NCBI GenBank assembly: GCA_947474495.1
Contig: CANJIM010000002.1
Location: 14,978-78,977 of the forward strand
DNA from: Rhodospirillaceae bacterium
GTDB lineage: Bacteria > Pseudomonadota > Alphaproteobacteria > SMXQ01
DNA: 64,000 nucleotides
Reading direction: 5' to 3'
The translations under genes were made by a program, and so were the position numbers. This document shows positions 17,019-28,763 of the stretch, one piece after another. The notes beneath the pieces were generated by a model. The model worked only from the letters and a program-made list of their open reading frames with translations, made no database searches and was not told where the DNA came from. The number at the start of each line of letters is the position of its first letter. Positions within the stretch are counted from its first letter, which is position 1.

Positions 17019-20000
17019 GTGATCTTTCGCTCAATCTATTATCCGGCGCGACCGACGCCCCTGAAGACGCGCTGCGGCCCGACCGCACCGTCTGGGTGGC
17101 GGCTTCCGCCGGCGCCGGCAAAACGACGATTCTCACGCGCCGCGTGCTGAGCCTGCTGGTGCATGGTACGCCGCCAGGCCGCATCCTCTGTCTCACCTTC
17201 ACCAAGGCGGCGGCGGCGGAGATGGCGCTGCGCGTGAATTTGCGTCTCGGCGCCTGGGCGGCATCGGACGACAAGACGCTGACGGGCGAGTTGCGCGATC
17301 TGTTGGGCCGCGCGCCTGCGCCCCAGGAAAAGCGCCGCGCCCGCGCCTTGTTCGGCGATGTGCTCGACGTGCCGGGCGGCATGAAGATCCAGACCATTCA
17401 TGCCTTCTGCCAATCGCTGCTGCGCCGCTTCCCCATCGAGTCGGGTCTCGCGCCCCACTTCGAGGTGATGGACGAGCGCACGGCCGCCGAACTGATGCTC
17501 GGCGCACGCGACGATCTCTTGCGCGCGGCGCGTCTCGCGCCGAGCGGCCCAATCGGCGCGGCGTTGAGCGTGGTGACGGCGGCGACCGATGAAGAGTCCT
17601 TTTCCAAGCTGATGGCCGAATTGGCCAGCGCGCGTGGCCGTCTCAAGCGCCTGTTCGATGCCCGCGGCGGCGCGGTGGGCACGCTGACTGCCTTACGCGC
17701 GCGCCTGGGCTTGCGCGATGGCGAGACCGTCGACTCGATCAAACGCGCCGCCGTCTCCGATGCGGCGTTGCCGCTCGCCGAGCTCAAGGCCATGGTGCAG
17801 GCGTTCGCCACGGGCACCGAGGCGCAGAAGAAAAACAGCGGCAAGATCGACGGCTATCTTGTCGGCGCAGATGCGCGCCTCGCCGATTTCGACGGCTATT
17901 GCAGCATCTTCCTCACTGCCGAGGGCGCGCCGCGCAAGATGGCGGGCATCGTCGGCAAGACGCTGGCCGGCACGACGACGTTCGTCGAGACGCTGGACAA
18001 CGAAGCGGCGCGGTTGATCGCTGTTTGCGGCCGCCTGCGTGCCGCCCGGCTCGCCGAACTGGGCGCGGCGCTGCTCACCCTGGCCGGCCATCTGCTTGCC
18101 GCCTACGAGCGGCACAAGTCGCGCCGTGCCACGCTCGATTACGACGATCTCATTCTCAAGACCCGCGATTTGCTGCAGGGCGAGGGCGAGCTGGCGGCGA
18201 GTGCCGCCGCCTGGGTGCTGTTCAAGCTCGATGGCGGCCTCGACCATATCCTGGTCGACGAGGCGCAGGACACCAGCCCCGAGCAATGGGACGTCGTCGC
18301 TTCGGTCGCCGAGGAATTCTTCGCCGGCGAGGGCGCGCGTGAACGGCCGCGCACGGTCTTCGTCGTTGGCGATCTCAAGCAGTCGATCTACAGCTTCCAG
18401 GGCGCCGACCCGGACGCCTTCTTGCGCATGCGTGGCCATTTCCAGGAGCGGGCGCGCCGCGCTGAGACTTGGCGCGAGACGGACCTGTTGATGTCTTACC
18501 GCTCGACCGATGCGGTGCTGCGCGCCGTCGACGCCGTGTTCGCGCGCGATCCCGCCCGCATCGGCGTTGCTGAGGGCGGTCAGACCGTGAAGCACAATCT
18601 CAAGCGCATTGGCCAGGCGGGCATCGTCGAGCTGTGGCCGGCGGTGACGCCGCGCGATGCGCCCTTGCTCACGCCCTGGGCTTCGCCGACCGAGACCGAT
18701 GCCGGCGATTCGCCGCAGGCGCGTCTGGCCGCGGTGATCGCCGCGCGTATCGCCGCCTGGGTCGGCCATGAGAAGCTCGAAAGCTATGACCGCCCGGTGC
18801 GGGCCGGTGACGTCATGGTGTTGGTGCGCCGGCGCACCGGCTTCGTCAGTGAATTGGTGCGCGGCCTCAAGGCGCGCGGCGTGCCGGTGGCCGGCGTCGA
18901 CCGCATGGTGCTGACCGAACAGCTCGCCGTCATGGACCTCATCGCCTTCGGCCAGTTCCTGCTGCTGCCGGACGACGACCTGACCCTGGCGACCGTGCTG
19001 AAAAGCCCGCTCGTTGGCCTGAATGAAGAGCAGCTCTATGAGATCGCCCATGGCCGCGCCCGCCTGAGCCTGTGGGATGCGCTGACCAAGCGCGCGTCTA
19101 AGGATGCGGCGGACGGCGCGTTCAAGACCGCCCACGCACTACTCGCGCGCTTCCTGGCGCTCGCTGATTACCTGCGGCCTTACGAGCTCTATAGCGAGCT
19201 TCTGGTGCGCGATGGCGGGCGCGGCAAATTGCTGGCGCGGCTCGGCATCGAGGCGGAAGACCCGATCGCTGAATTTCTCAATCGCGCCCTCGGTTACGAG
19301 CGCGAGGCCGCGCCGTCATTGCAGGGCTTCCTCCATTGGTTTTCAGCCGGCGATGCCGAGATCAAGCGCGATCTGGAACAGACCGTGCGCGACGAGGTGC
19401 GCATCATGACGGTACATGGCGCCAAGGGCTTGCAGGCGCCGATCGTCATCCTGCCTGACACCATGCAGGTGCCGACGCGCCATGATCCGTTGTTGTGGAC
19501 GGCGCTCGACGAGCAGGACGACGATCCGGCCTTGCCGCGCCTGCCGTTGTGGCCGCCGCGCGTCGCGGACGACGATGCGGTCGCTGCCGCCGCGCGTGCT
19601 CGCGCAGCGCAGCGGCGCGACGAGGAATATCGCCGGCTCTTGTATGTCGCGCTGACGCGGGCCGAGGACCGGCTCTATGTTTGCGGCTGGCAGACGCGCA
19701 AAGCGCCGCCGCCGGGCTGCTGGTACAATTTGGTCAATGACGGCTTGCAGGCGCTCGCCGAAGAGGGGGCCGTGCAGGCGGCGCCGTTCGATTTCACCGC
19801 GTTGACGCCGGAAGGCTGGTCTGGCGTCGGCTTGCGCCTGGCGCATGTGCAGTCGAAGGCGCCCGATAAGGCGCGCGACGATCATGGCGCGCCGCCGCCG
19901 AAACTTGCGCCGCTTGAAGATTGGGCGCGCGTTCCGGCCAAGCCGGAGGAGCGTCCATCGCGGCCGCTGGCGCCGTCGAAGCCCGATCCGGCGAGCGAGG

Positions 20001-20554
20001 CGGAGCCCGCCATGCTGTCGCCCTTCGCCGCCGAAGATGACGGCGCGCGGTTCCAACGCGGTCTGCTGATCCATCGCCTGTTGCAGAGCTTGCCGGATGT
20101 CGCGCCGGACCAGCGCGCGCCGGCGGCGGCGCGTTATCTCGCGCGGCCGTTGTGGAACCTGAGCACGGCGCAGCAGAGCGCCATCGCCGGCGAAGCCTTG
20201 CGCGTGTTGACCGATGGGCGCTTCGCGGCCTTGTTCGGCGACGGCAGCCGCGCGGAAGTCTCCATCGCCGGCCAGGTCGGCGACATGACGATCAGCGGCC
20301 AGATCGATCGGCTCGTCGCCTTGGAGGGTCGCGTGCTGGTGGTCGATTACAAGAGCAACCGGCCGCCACCGACGCGCGTGGAAGATGTTCCCGCGATCTA
20401 TCTGCGCCAGCTCGCCGCTTACCGGGCGCTGCTCGCGCAGATTTACGTCGGCCGCCGCATCGACTGCGTGCTGTTGTGGACCGACGGGCCGCTGTGGATG
20501 GAAATCCCGCCAGCCCTGCTCGACGCCGCCACGCCGGGCCATGGAACGGTCTGA
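17015..20554 (+). CDS. addA: Double-strand break repair helicase AddA (UvrD-like)
   Basis: 1179 aa with the UvrD helicase Walker A (ASAGAGKTTIL), motif II (VDEAQDTS) and a C-terminal nuclease domain (VVDYKSN). Confidence 0.9.
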   Translation: MSDLSLNLLSGATDAPEDALRPDRTVWVAASAGAGKTTILTRRVLSLLVHGTPPGRILCLTFTKAAAAEMALRVNLRLGAWAASDDKTLTGELRDLLGRAPAPQEKRRARALFGDVLDVPGGMKIQTIHAFCQSLLRRFPIESGLAPHFEVMDERTAAELMLGARDDLLRAARLAPSGPIGAALSVVTAATDEESFSKLMAELASARGRLKRLFDARGGAVGTLTALRARLGLRDGETVDSIKRAAVSDAALPLAELKAMVQAFATGTEAQKKNSGKIDGYLVGADARLADFDGYCSIFLTAEGAPRKMAGIVGKTLAGTTTFVETLDNEAARLIAVCGRLRAARLAELGAALLTLAGHLLAAYERHKSRRATLDYDDLILKTRDLLQGEGELAASAAAWVLFKLDGGLDHILVDEAQDTSPEQWDVVASVAEEFFAGEGARERPRTVFVVGDLKQSIYSFQGADPDAFLRMRGHFQERARRAETWRETDLLMSYRSTDAVLRAVDAVFARDPARIGVAEGGQTVKHNLKRIGQAGIVELWPAVTPRDAPLLTPWASPTETDAGDSPQARLAAVIAARIAAWVGHEKLESYDRPVRAGDVMVLVRRRTGFVSELVRGLKARGVPVAGVDRMVLTEQLAVMDLIAFGQFLLLPDDDLTLATVLKSPLVGLNEEQLYEIAHGRARLSLWDALTKRASKDAADGAFKTAHALLARFLALADYLRPYELYSELLVRDGGRGKLLARLGIEAEDPIAEFLNRALGYEREAAPSLQGFLHWFSAGDAEIKRDLEQTVRDEVRIMTVHGAKGLQAPIVILPDTMQVPTRHDPLLWTALDEQDDDPALPRLPLWPPRVADDDAVAAAARARAAQRRDEEYRRLLYVALTRAEDRLYVCGWQTRKAPPPGCWYNLVNDGLQALAEEGAVQAAPFDFTALTPEGWSGVGLRLAHVQSKAPDKARDDHGAPPPKLAPLEDWARVPAKPEERPSRPLAPSKPDPASEAEPAMLSPFAAEDDGARFQRGLLIHRLLQSLPDVAPDQRAPAAARYLARPLWNLSTAQQSAIAGEALRVLTDGRFAALFGDGSRAEVSIAGQVGDMTISGQIDRLVALEGRVLVVDYKSNRPPPTRVEDVPAIYLRQLAAYRALLAQIYVGRRIDCVLLWTDGPLWMEIPPALLDAATPGHGTV

Positions 20555-20609
20555 AAGCCTTACGGGCGGCGGCTCTCCGGCGTACCCCGGTCACTTACCG
20601 GACGGTGCC

Positions 20610-20638
20610 TTGACGCCCTCGGGGGCGAGCCCTAGATT
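20610..20638 (+). promoter_or_regulatory. Sigma-70-like promoter for trxA
   Basis: TTGACG (-35), a 17-nt spacer, and TAGATT (-10), about 55 nt upstream of the trxA ATG. Confidence 0.45.
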
Positions 20639-20694
20639 TAATCCAGCAGCCGGCGGTTCGCCCGGACTTTTCCCTCACGTTTCAAGGATTTATC

Positions 20695-21015
20695 ATGGGT
20701 TTGAAGCAGGTCTCCGACGCCTCGTTCGAAGCGGATGTGCTGAAGGCCGATCAGCCCGTGCTGGTCGATTTCTGGGCCGAGTGGTGCGGCCCCTGCAAGC
20801 AGATCGCGCCGGCGCTCGAAGAGATCGCCAAGGACATGGAAGGTCAGGTGACGATCGCCAAGATCAACATCGACCAGAACGGCGGCACGCCGACGAAATA
20901 CGGCGTGCGCGGCATTCCGACGCTGATGCTGTTCAAGAACGGCCAAGTCGCGGCGACCAAGGTCGGCGCCATGCCGAAGACGGCGCTGCAGGAATGGGTG
21001 AAGTCGGTGCTCTAA
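20695..21015 (+). CDS. trxA: Thioredoxin
   Basis: 106 aa with the WCGPC active site. Confidence 0.95.
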   Translation: MGLKQVSDASFEADVLKADQPVLVDFWAEWCGPCKQIAPALEEIAKDMEGQVTIAKINIDQNGGTPTKYGVRGIPTLMLFKNGQVAATKVGAMPKTALQEWVKSVL

Positions 21016-21035
21016 GCGCCGCTCACAGGAGATAC

Positions 21036-21067
21036 AAAAAACCCCGCCAGCGATGGCGGGGTTTTTT
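21036..21067. terminator. Bidirectional Rho-independent terminator between trxA and folC
   Basis: AAAAAA-CCCCGCC-agcgat-GGCGGGG-TTTTTT. Confidence 0.8.
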
Positions 21068-22361
21068 ATGACCCGTTCTCGCTGAGCACATGGCCCGCGA
21101 GATAGAGCGAGCCGCAGATCAGGATGCGGGTGGGGCGCTCCAAGCCGAGCGTGAGATCGAGCAGCGCCAGGGCGAGCGACGGCGCGGGCGGCGCGTCGAG
21201 GCCGGCGCGCTTCGCCGCCGCTGCCGTTTCCGCAGCGCTCAGCGTCGCCTCGGCGCCGGGGATCGAGACTGAGCGGGCGGCGGCGACATGCTGTGCCAGT
21301 GGCGCGAAGAAGCCCGCCGCATCCTTGGTGCGCAAGAGCCCGGCGACGATCATCAGGGATTTGTCAGACCAGCGCCGCGCCTGGGCGGCGAGCGCTTCGC
21401 CGGCTGACGGATTGTGGCCACCGTCGAGCCATAGCTCGACATGGGGCGGCAGGCGTTCGACCAAGGGGCCCTTGGTCAGGCGCTGCAGGCGCCCCGGCCA
21501 TTCGGCGGCTTTTATGCCGTCGCGCAGCGCGCTCGACGGCAGGTCAATGCCGGCCAACTTGTCGAGCGCCGCGACGGCGGTGCCGGCGTTGATGATCTGA
21601 TGCAGGCCGACGAGGTTGGGCAGCGGCAGCGCGATATTGCGGCCGCCGCTTTGCCAGATGAGGGTGCCGTCTTCGACCGTGGCGATCCATTCCTTGCCCC
21701 AGCGCGACAGCGGCGCGCCGATCTCCTCGGCGCGCGCTTCGATCACGGCGAGCGCTTCGGGCGCCTGCGGGCCGATCACAGCGGGCACGCCGGGCTTGAG
21801 GATACCGGCCTTCTCGAAGGCGATCTTCCCCAGCGTGTCGCCGAGATATTGCTCGTGATCCATCGACACCGGCGTGATGACGGTGGCGAGCGGCGCATCA
21901 ATTACGTTGGTGGCGTCGAAGCGGCCGCCGAGCCCCACCTCGAGCAGCGTCACGTCGGCCGGCGTTTCGGCGAAGGCGAGATAGGCCGCCGCCGTGGTGA
22001 TCTCGAAATAGGTGATGTTCTCGCCGTCGTTGGCACGCTCGCAACGCTCGAGGGTTTCGAGCAAGGCCTCTTCGCTGATGAGTGTGCCGGCGAGGCGCAC
22101 GCGCTCATGGAAACGCACGAGATGCGGCGAGGTATAGACATGGACGCGCTTGCCGGCGGCTTCGAGCATGGCGCGCAGGAACGCCACCGTGGAGCCTTTG
22201 CCGTTGGTGCCGGCGACATGGATGATCGGCGGCATCTTGCGCTCCGGATGGCCGAGCTTGGCGAGCAGCCGCCGGGTGCGGTCTAGCGACAGGTCGATGA
22301 TCTTGGGATGCAGGCGCTGCAGCCGTTCGAGAACGACGTCGCTGCGAGCCTGATCGGCCAT
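21066..22361 (-). CDS. folC: Bifunctional folylpolyglutamate synthase/dihydrofolate synthase
   Basis: Mur-ligase-family P-loop VAGTNGKGST; 431 aa. Confidence 0.9.
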   Translation of the reverse strand: MADQARSDVVLERLQRLHPKIIDLSLDRTRRLLAKLGHPERKMPPIIHVAGTNGKGSTVAFLRAMLEAAGKRVHVYTSPHLVRFHERVRLAGTLISEEALLETLERCERANDGENITYFEITTAAAYLAFAETPADVTLLEVGLGGRFDATNVIDAPLATVITPVSMDHEQYLGDTLGKIAFEKAGILKPGVPAVIGPQAPEALAVIEARAEEIGAPLSRWGKEWIATVEDGTLIWQSGGRNIALPLPNLVGLHQIINAGTAVAALDKLAGIDLPSSALRDGIKAAEWPGRLQRLTKGPLVERLPPHVELWLDGGHNPSAGEALAAQARRWSDKSLMIVAGLLRTKDAAGFFAPLAQHVAAARSVSIPGAEATLSAAETAAAAKRAGLDAPPAPSLALALLDLTLGLERPTRILICGSLYLAGHVLSENGS

Positions 22362-22380
22362 TGCGATTAGCGCGCGACCA

Positions 22381-23334
22381 TTAACGCGCAGGAGGCCGGG
22401 GACGACCTTTTCCGGCGGTGGGAATGGTCAGATCGCTTGGCAGCGACACGACATCGGCCGCCGGCGTGCGGTTGAGCAGCAGCGCGAGGATGCGGCTCAG
22501 GGTCTCGCGCAGGTCCTTGCGGTGCACCACCATGTCGACCATGCCATGCTCAAGCAGATATTCGGCGCGCTGGAAGCCGGGCGGCAGTTTTTCGCGGATG
22601 GTCTCTTCGATCACGCGGGCGCCGGCGAAGCCGATGATGGCGCCCGGCTCGGCCAGCGCGATGTCGCCGAGCATGGCGAAGCTGGCGGTGACACCGCCGG
22701 TGGTCGGGTCGGTCAGCACGACGATGTAGGGCAAGCCGGCGTCGCGCACCATCTCGACGGCGACGGTGGTGCGCGGCATCTGCATCAGCGAGAGCGCACC
22801 TTCCTGCATGCGGGCGCCGCCCGACGACGGGAAGACGATCAGCGGCGCTTCCTGCAGCACGGCGAGTTTGGCGGCGGCCACCAGGCCTTCGCCGACGCCC
22901 GAGCCCATCGAGCCGCCCATGAAGCGGAAGTCGAAGGCGGCCATCACGGCGGGAATGCCGCCGATCTTGCCGTGCGCCACGACGATGGCGTCTTTCAGGC
23001 CGGTCTTGTGTTGCGATTCCTTGAGGCGGTCGGAATATTTCTTCTGATCGCGGAATTTCAGCGGATCGATGACGGTGTCGGGCAGTTCGATGCGGGTGTA
23101 TTTGCCGTCATCGAACAGCATGGCGAGGCGCTGATCGCCGCCGATGCGCATGTGATGGCCGCAATGAGTGCAGACATAGAGGTTCGCCGCGAGATCGCGA
23201 TGGAACACCATCTGCTCGCAGGCCCGGCACTTCTGCCAGAGGTTGTCCGGCACGTCCTCTTTCTTGACGAGGGCGCGGATCTTCGGGCGGACGAAGTTGG
23301 TCAGCCAGTTCATCGCGGATTCTCCGGTGCTCAT
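22381..23334 (-). CDS. accD: Acetyl-CoA carboxylase carboxyltransferase beta subunit
   Basis: Zn-ribbon CxxC...CxxC N-terminus and a carboxyltransferase domain. The likely true start is MNWLTN at 23313. Confidence 0.9.
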   Translation of the reverse strand: MSTGESAMNWLTNFVRPKIRALVKKEDVPDNLWQKCRACEQMVFHRDLAANLYVCTHCGHHMRIGGDQRLAMLFDDGKYTRIELPDTVIDPLKFRDQKKYSDRLKESQHKTGLKDAIVVAHGKIGGIPAVMAAFDFRFMGGSMGSGVGEGLVAAAKLAVLQEAPLIVFPSSGGARMQEGALSLMQMPRTTVAVEMVRDAGLPYIVVLTDPTTGGVTASFAMLGDIALAEPGAIIGFAGARVIEETIREKLPPGFQRAEYLLEHGMVDMVVHRKDLRETLSRILALLLNRTPAADVVSLPSDLTIPTAGKGRPRPPAR

Positions 23335-24164
23335 GCCACGCGTCCTTTCGTCGCACGGGCGTGTCTGACGCCCTCGGCGAGTTGGCCGACGAAGGCCAGC
23401 GCCTTCGCTGATGTGTCTTTGGCGGGCTTGCCGGCGCCGTCGAGGCTGCCGGCGATCACTTGCACCAAGGCGGTGCCGACCACGGCAGCGTCGGCGACGC
23501 GGGCGATGTCGGCGGCCATGGCGGGCGACTTGATACCGAATCCGACGGCGACCGGCAGGGGCGTTTTGGCGCGCAGGCGGGCGACAGCCGACGCGACGGC
23601 CGTGTTGTCGGCGCTGGCGGCGCCGGTGATGCCGGCGATCGAGACGTAATAGATGAAGCCCGAGGTATGTTCGAGCACGGCGGGCAGGCGCTTCTCATCG
23701 GTCGTCGGCGTCGCCAGTCGGATGAAATGCAGGCCGGCCTTGAGGGCGGGAATGCAGAACTCGTCGTCTTCCTCGGGCGGCAGATCAACGACGATCATGC
23801 CGTCGACGCCGGCGGCGAGCGCATCGGCGATGAATTTGTCGACGCCGTAGATATAGATCGGGTTGTAGTAGCCCATCAGCACGATCGGCGTCGCCGCGTC
23901 CGCCTTGCGGAATTCGCGCACCATGTCGAGGGTGCGGGTCATGCGGCCGCCGGCTTTGAGGGCGCGCAGGCCGGCGGCCTGGATCGCCGGGCCGTCGGCC
24001 ATCGGATCGGTGAAGGGCATGCCGAGTTCGATGACGTCGGCGCCGGCGGCGGGCAGGCCCTTGAGGATGGCGAGCGCGGTGTCGAAGTCGGGATCGCAGG
24101 CCATGGTGAAGGTCACCAGGCCGGCGCGTCCCTCGGTCTTCAACGCGGCGAAGCGCGCCGCCAT
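23331..24164 (-). CDS. trpA: Tryptophan synthase alpha subunit
   Basis: Aligns with the TrpA N-terminus from [19 protein letters not shown]. The longer ORF starting at 24242 would overlap trpB and was rejected. Confidence 0.9.
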   Translation of the reverse strand: MAARFAALKTEGRAGLVTFTMACDPDFDTALAILKGLPAAGADVIELGMPFTDPMADGPAIQAAGLRALKAGGRMTRTLDMVREFRKADAATPIVLMGYYNPIYIYGVDKFIADALAAGVDGMIVVDLPPEEDDEFCIPALKAGLHFIRLATPTTDEKRLPAVLEHTSGFIYYVSIAGITGAASADNTAVASAVARLRAKTPLPVAVGFGIKSPAMAADIARVADAAVVGTALVQVIAGSLDGAGKPAKDTSAKALAFVGQLAEGVRHARATKGRVA

Positions 24165-24181
24165 CCGGTCGCTCTTCACGC

Positions 24182-25438
<1,257 letters not shown>

Positions 25439-25504
25439 GGCTTCAGGTGGTAGCCCGTGCCCAGGGCCTTGGCAAGAGGGGGTTTTCGCTGGCCCGCCAA
25501 GGGT

Positions 25505-26152
25505 TTAAAGCGCCTTGGCGGCGGCCAGGAAGGCGGCGATCTTGGCCGGGTCCTTGAGGCCGGGATAGACCTCCACTCCGGAGGATACGTCGACCAGCCG
25601 GGCGCCGGTGGCGCGCACGGCTTCGCCGAGGTTTTCCGGGGTCAGGCCGCCCGACAGGAACCACGGGGTTTTCCAGCTGGTGCCGGCTAGCAGCGTCCAG
25701 TCGAAGCGGGCGGCGTTGCCGCCGGGCAGCGCGTTTGCCAAATCGGCTGACGGCTTGGCGTCGAACATCAGGTAGTCAGCTTGGCCTTCGAAGGCGCGCG
25801 CCCGCTCGATGTCCTCGGGGGCGCCGACCTTGATCGCCTTGATCACCGGCAGGCGGAAGGTGATGCGCAGCTCGTCGATGTTGCGCGGGCTTTCGCTGCC
25901 GTGGAACTGCAACACGTCGAGCGGCGTCTCGAGCATCACGCCATCGATCTCCATCGGATCGGCATCGACGAAAACGCCGACCTTCTTGATATGCGGCGGC
26001 ACCAGCTTGGCGAGTTGGCCGGCGTCTTGCGGCGCGATGTAGCGCGGGCTCGGCGGATAAAAAATAAAGCCGATGAACTCGGCGCCACCTTGCACAGCCG
26101 CTTCGAGCGCGATCCTCGAATTGATGCCGCAGATTTTTGCCGCCACGGACAT
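25505..26152 (-). CDS. trpF: Phosphoribosylanthranilate isomerase
   Basis: 215 aa; KICGI N-terminal motif. Confidence 0.85.
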   Translation of the reverse strand: MSVAAKICGINSRIALEAAVQGGAEFIGFIFYPPSPRYIAPQDAGQLAKLVPPHIKKVGVFVDADPMEIDGVMLETPLDVLQFHGSESPRNIDELRITFRLPVIKAIKVGAPEDIERARAFEGQADYLMFDAKPSADLANALPGGNAARFDWTLLAGTSWKTPWFLSGGLTPENLGEAVRATGARLVDVSSGVEVYPGLKDPAKIAAFLAAAKAL

Positions 26153-26895
26153 TAGCTAGCCATCTTCCCAAGCATTTCTTCCGCGATGGCGCGGGCGGCG
26201 TCGGCGGGATTGTCGGCGCCGGTGATCGGCCGGCCGACGACGAGATCGCTGGCGCCAGCCTGAATGGCGTCGAGTGGACCCATGACGCGCTTCTGGTCGC
26301 CGACATCGGCGCCTTTCGGGCGGATGCCGGGCACCACGAGGCGGAAGTCGGGGCCGCATAAAGCCCGTAAAATGGCCGCTTCATGGGCCGAACAGACGAC
26401 GCCGTCGAGGCCGCAGGACTGCGTCAAGGCGGCGAGGCGCTTCACTTGGTCGGCAGCGGGCGGGGTCTGGCCGACGGCGGCAAGATCGGCATCGTCGAGA
26501 CTGGTGAGCACGGTGACGGCAATCACCAGCGGGCGCGCGATGCCGCGCTTGGCGGCTTCCTCGTCGGCAGCCTCTTTGGCGGCGCGCAGCATGGCGGGTC
26601 CGCCGGCTGCATGGACGTTGAGCATGTAAGGCGCGACGGCGAGCGCCGCGCGCACGGCCGAGGCGACCGTGTTGGGAATGTCGTGAAACTTGAGATCGAG
26701 GAACAGCCGCGACGCGGGAGCCTTCGCCTTGACCTTGGCGACGCCGGCCGGCCCGTGCGCTGAGAAGAATTCGAGTCCGAGCTTCAAGCTGGCGCCGGCG
26801 GGGGCGATGGCGGCGGCGAGTTGCTCGGCGCGGGCCAGGTCTTGCGTGTCGATGGCGACGTAAAGACGCGTCGCCATAGAAGCGGCATCGGTCAT
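26152..26895 (-). CDS. pyrF: Orotidine 5-prime-phosphate decarboxylase
   Basis: 247 aa with OMP decarboxylase motifs (LDLKFHDIPNT). Confidence 0.85.
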   Translation of the reverse strand: MTDAASMATRLYVAIDTQDLARAEQLAAAIAPAGASLKLGLEFFSAHGPAGVAKVKAKAPASRLFLDLKFHDIPNTVASAVRAALAVAPYMLNVHAAGGPAMLRAAKEAADEEAAKRGIARPLVIAVTVLTSLDDADLAAVGQTPPAADQVKRLAALTQSCGLDGVVCSAHEAAILRALCGPDFRLVVPGIRPKGADVGDQKRVMGPLDAIQAGASDLVVGRPITGADNPADAARAIAEEMLGKMAS

Positions 26896-26916
26896 CGTAA
26901 GAAATCCGTGATGGCG

Positions 26917-27276
26917 TTATTCGTAATTGGTGACGTTGAGACGGCGCATGGCCATCTCGGCGGAATCGGGGTCGCTATCGCCACCGCGCGCCATCGCCAG
27001 TTCGCGGCGCAGGCGGGCGTCCTCGGCCTCTAACTCGCGCAGGCGGCGGGCCAGCCGGCGCGCCTCGGCGCGATGGCGCAGGCTGTCGATCGAGGCGATC
27101 AGGCCGCCGACCAACAGGCCGAAGAACAGCGCAATGGTGACGGCGGCATAGAGCGGCATCTCGACGCTGTTGACCAGCGGCCACAGGCGCAAGGCGACGC
27201 TCTGCGGGTTGGACACGCCGAATGACATGGCGACGGCCAGCGCGGGGATGGCGACGATCCAGAACAGAAATTTCAT
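26917..27276 (-). CDS. lapA: LapA-family inner-membrane protein (DUF1049)
   Basis: 119 aa with two TM segments and a charged coiled-coil C-terminus. It sits next to ihfB, as in many proteobacteria. Confidence 0.6.
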   Translation of the reverse strand: MKFLFWIVAIPALAVAMSFGVSNPQSVALRLWPLVNSVEMPLYAAVTIALFFGLLVGGLIASIDSLRHRAEARRLARRLRELEAEDARLRRELAMARGGDSDPDSAEMAMRRLNVTNYE

Positions 27277-27381
27277 GGCCGTGCTTATAGCGCGAATCGC
27301 CGGGAAAGGCGAAGCGGGGGGATGGCAGAGCAGCTCTGAAAGCAGAGCCGGGCGGGGAGCGGTCCGTCGAAGAACGGCGGC

Positions 27382-27690
27382 CTATTCGTTGTCGTCGCCG
27401 CCGGTGGGCTTCTCGCCGTTCAGCCGTTCGCGCAGTTGCTTGCCGGTTTTGAAGAACGGCACGGCCTTTTCGGCGACTTGCACGGCGCTGCCGGTGCGCG
27501 GATTGCGCCCGACGCGCGAATCGCGCTTTTTCACGGAAAAGGCGCCGAAACCGCGCAATTCCACGCGATCGCCACGCCCGAGAGCCGTGGTGATCTCATC
27601 GAAAATCGCAGTCACGATGCGCTCAACGTCGCGGTGGTACAGGTGCGGGTTAAGCTCGGCGAGACGCAAGATCAATTCGGACTTGGTCAT
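27382..27690 (-). CDS. ihfB: Integration host factor beta subunit
   Basis: 102 aa with the HU/IHF fold signature ([11 protein letters not shown]...RNPRTG). Confidence 0.9.
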   Translation of the reverse strand: MTKSELILRLAELNPHLYHRDVERIVTAIFDEITTALGRGDRVELRGFGAFSVKKRDSRVGRNPRTGSAVQVAEKAVPFFKTGKQLRERLNGEKPTGGDDNE

Positions 27691-27744
27691 TGGTCCCCTC
27701 GTTCATTCCCGGGCTTTTCGCCGGTTGATGGCCGGCCCCAGGCC

Positions 27745-28659
27745 TTACCGAAGGTCAGGGTGCCAAAGGGAAACCAGTCCGTCAAGTGTAAGCCGTTCAG
27801 AAAACAGCGCTTTTCCGGCTGCCTTGCCCAACATGCCGGGTAAATTGTCGCCCGGACGCTCCACTTTCAGCTCGCGGACGGGGGTGCTGCGGGGCACGCC
27901 GCGGGTCTCGGCCAGCCAATCGCGGGCCTCGGGCTCGCCGCCGATGGCGTCCACCAGCTTGTTTTCCACCGCCTGGCGCCCGGTATAGACCCGGCCGTCG
28001 CCGAGCTTCAGGGCGACGTCGTGGGGCAGATGGCGGCGGTCGGCGACCATGCCGACGAACATGTCGTACATGTCCATGACGACCTCGCGGGTGGCGGCGC
28101 GGCCGTCCGGCGTCAGCTTTTCGAACGGCGAGGGCGCGGCTTTGAGCGGCGCGCTCTTGATCGCCTCGGCTTCGATGCCGAGCTTGTCCATCAAGCCGGT
28201 GAATTCGGTGGTCTGCATGATGACGCCGATCGAGCCGGTGATCGTGCCGTTGCGCGCCAGGATGTAGTCGGCGCCGATCGCGGTCATATAGCCGCCGGAC
28301 GCGGCGAGCGTGCCCATGGTGGCGACGACCGGCTTCTTGGCGGCGATGTCGCGCAGGCGCTGATAGAGATTCTCGCCGCCGACGACGGTGCCGCCGGGGC
28401 TGTCGATGTAAACGATCAGCGCCTTGACGTTGGGATCGTCCATCGCCGCTTTCAGCGCCTCGTCGCGGGCGCGGTCGTCCGAGATAATGCCTTCGACCGA
28501 AAGACGCGCGATATGGCTTTTCGCCCATGGCGCCTCGCCGCGCTTGCCGACGGCGATCAGCGCCACGGCGAGCAATGCCAGCACGGCGAGGATGCGCCAC
28601 ACCGTCAGGCGGCGCTTGAGGCGGCGGCGGTCGATCAGCGCGTCGGTGTCGAGCGACAT
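27745..28659 (-). CDS. sppA: Signal peptide peptidase SppA (36K type, S49 family)
   Basis: 304 aa with an N-terminal TM segment and the S49 catalytic region (IDSPGG, GTLAASGGY). Confidence 0.8.
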   Translation of the reverse strand: MSLDTDALIDRRRLKRRLTVWRILAVLALLAVALIAVGKRGEAPWAKSHIARLSVEGIISDDRARDEALKAAMDDPNVKALIVYIDSPGGTVVGGENLYQRLRDIAAKKPVVATMGTLAASGGYMTAIGADYILARNGTITGSIGVIMQTTEFTGLMDKLGIEAEAIKSAPLKAAPSPFEKLTPDGRAATREVVMDMYDMFVGMVADRRHLPHDVALKLGDGRVYTGRQAVENKLVDAIGGEPEARDWLAETRGVPRSTPVRELKVERPGDNLPGMLGKAAGKALFSERLTLDGLVSLWHPDLR

Positions 28660-28707
28660 GGCGGAAACCCCAGGATGGTTGATGGCGAAATTCTACGCTG
28701 GAATGGG

Positions 28708-28740
28708 AAACGCCGCACCGGTTTCCCGATGCGGCGTTTT
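28708..28740. terminator. Hairpin terminator downstream of rpsA (bidirectional geometry)
   Basis: AAACGCCGCA-ccggtttcccga-TGCGGCGTTTT. Read on the minus strand it gives a stem followed by TTTCCC. Confidence 0.5.
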
Positions 28741-28763
28741 CATAGTCGCGAAAGCTGCAAGAC

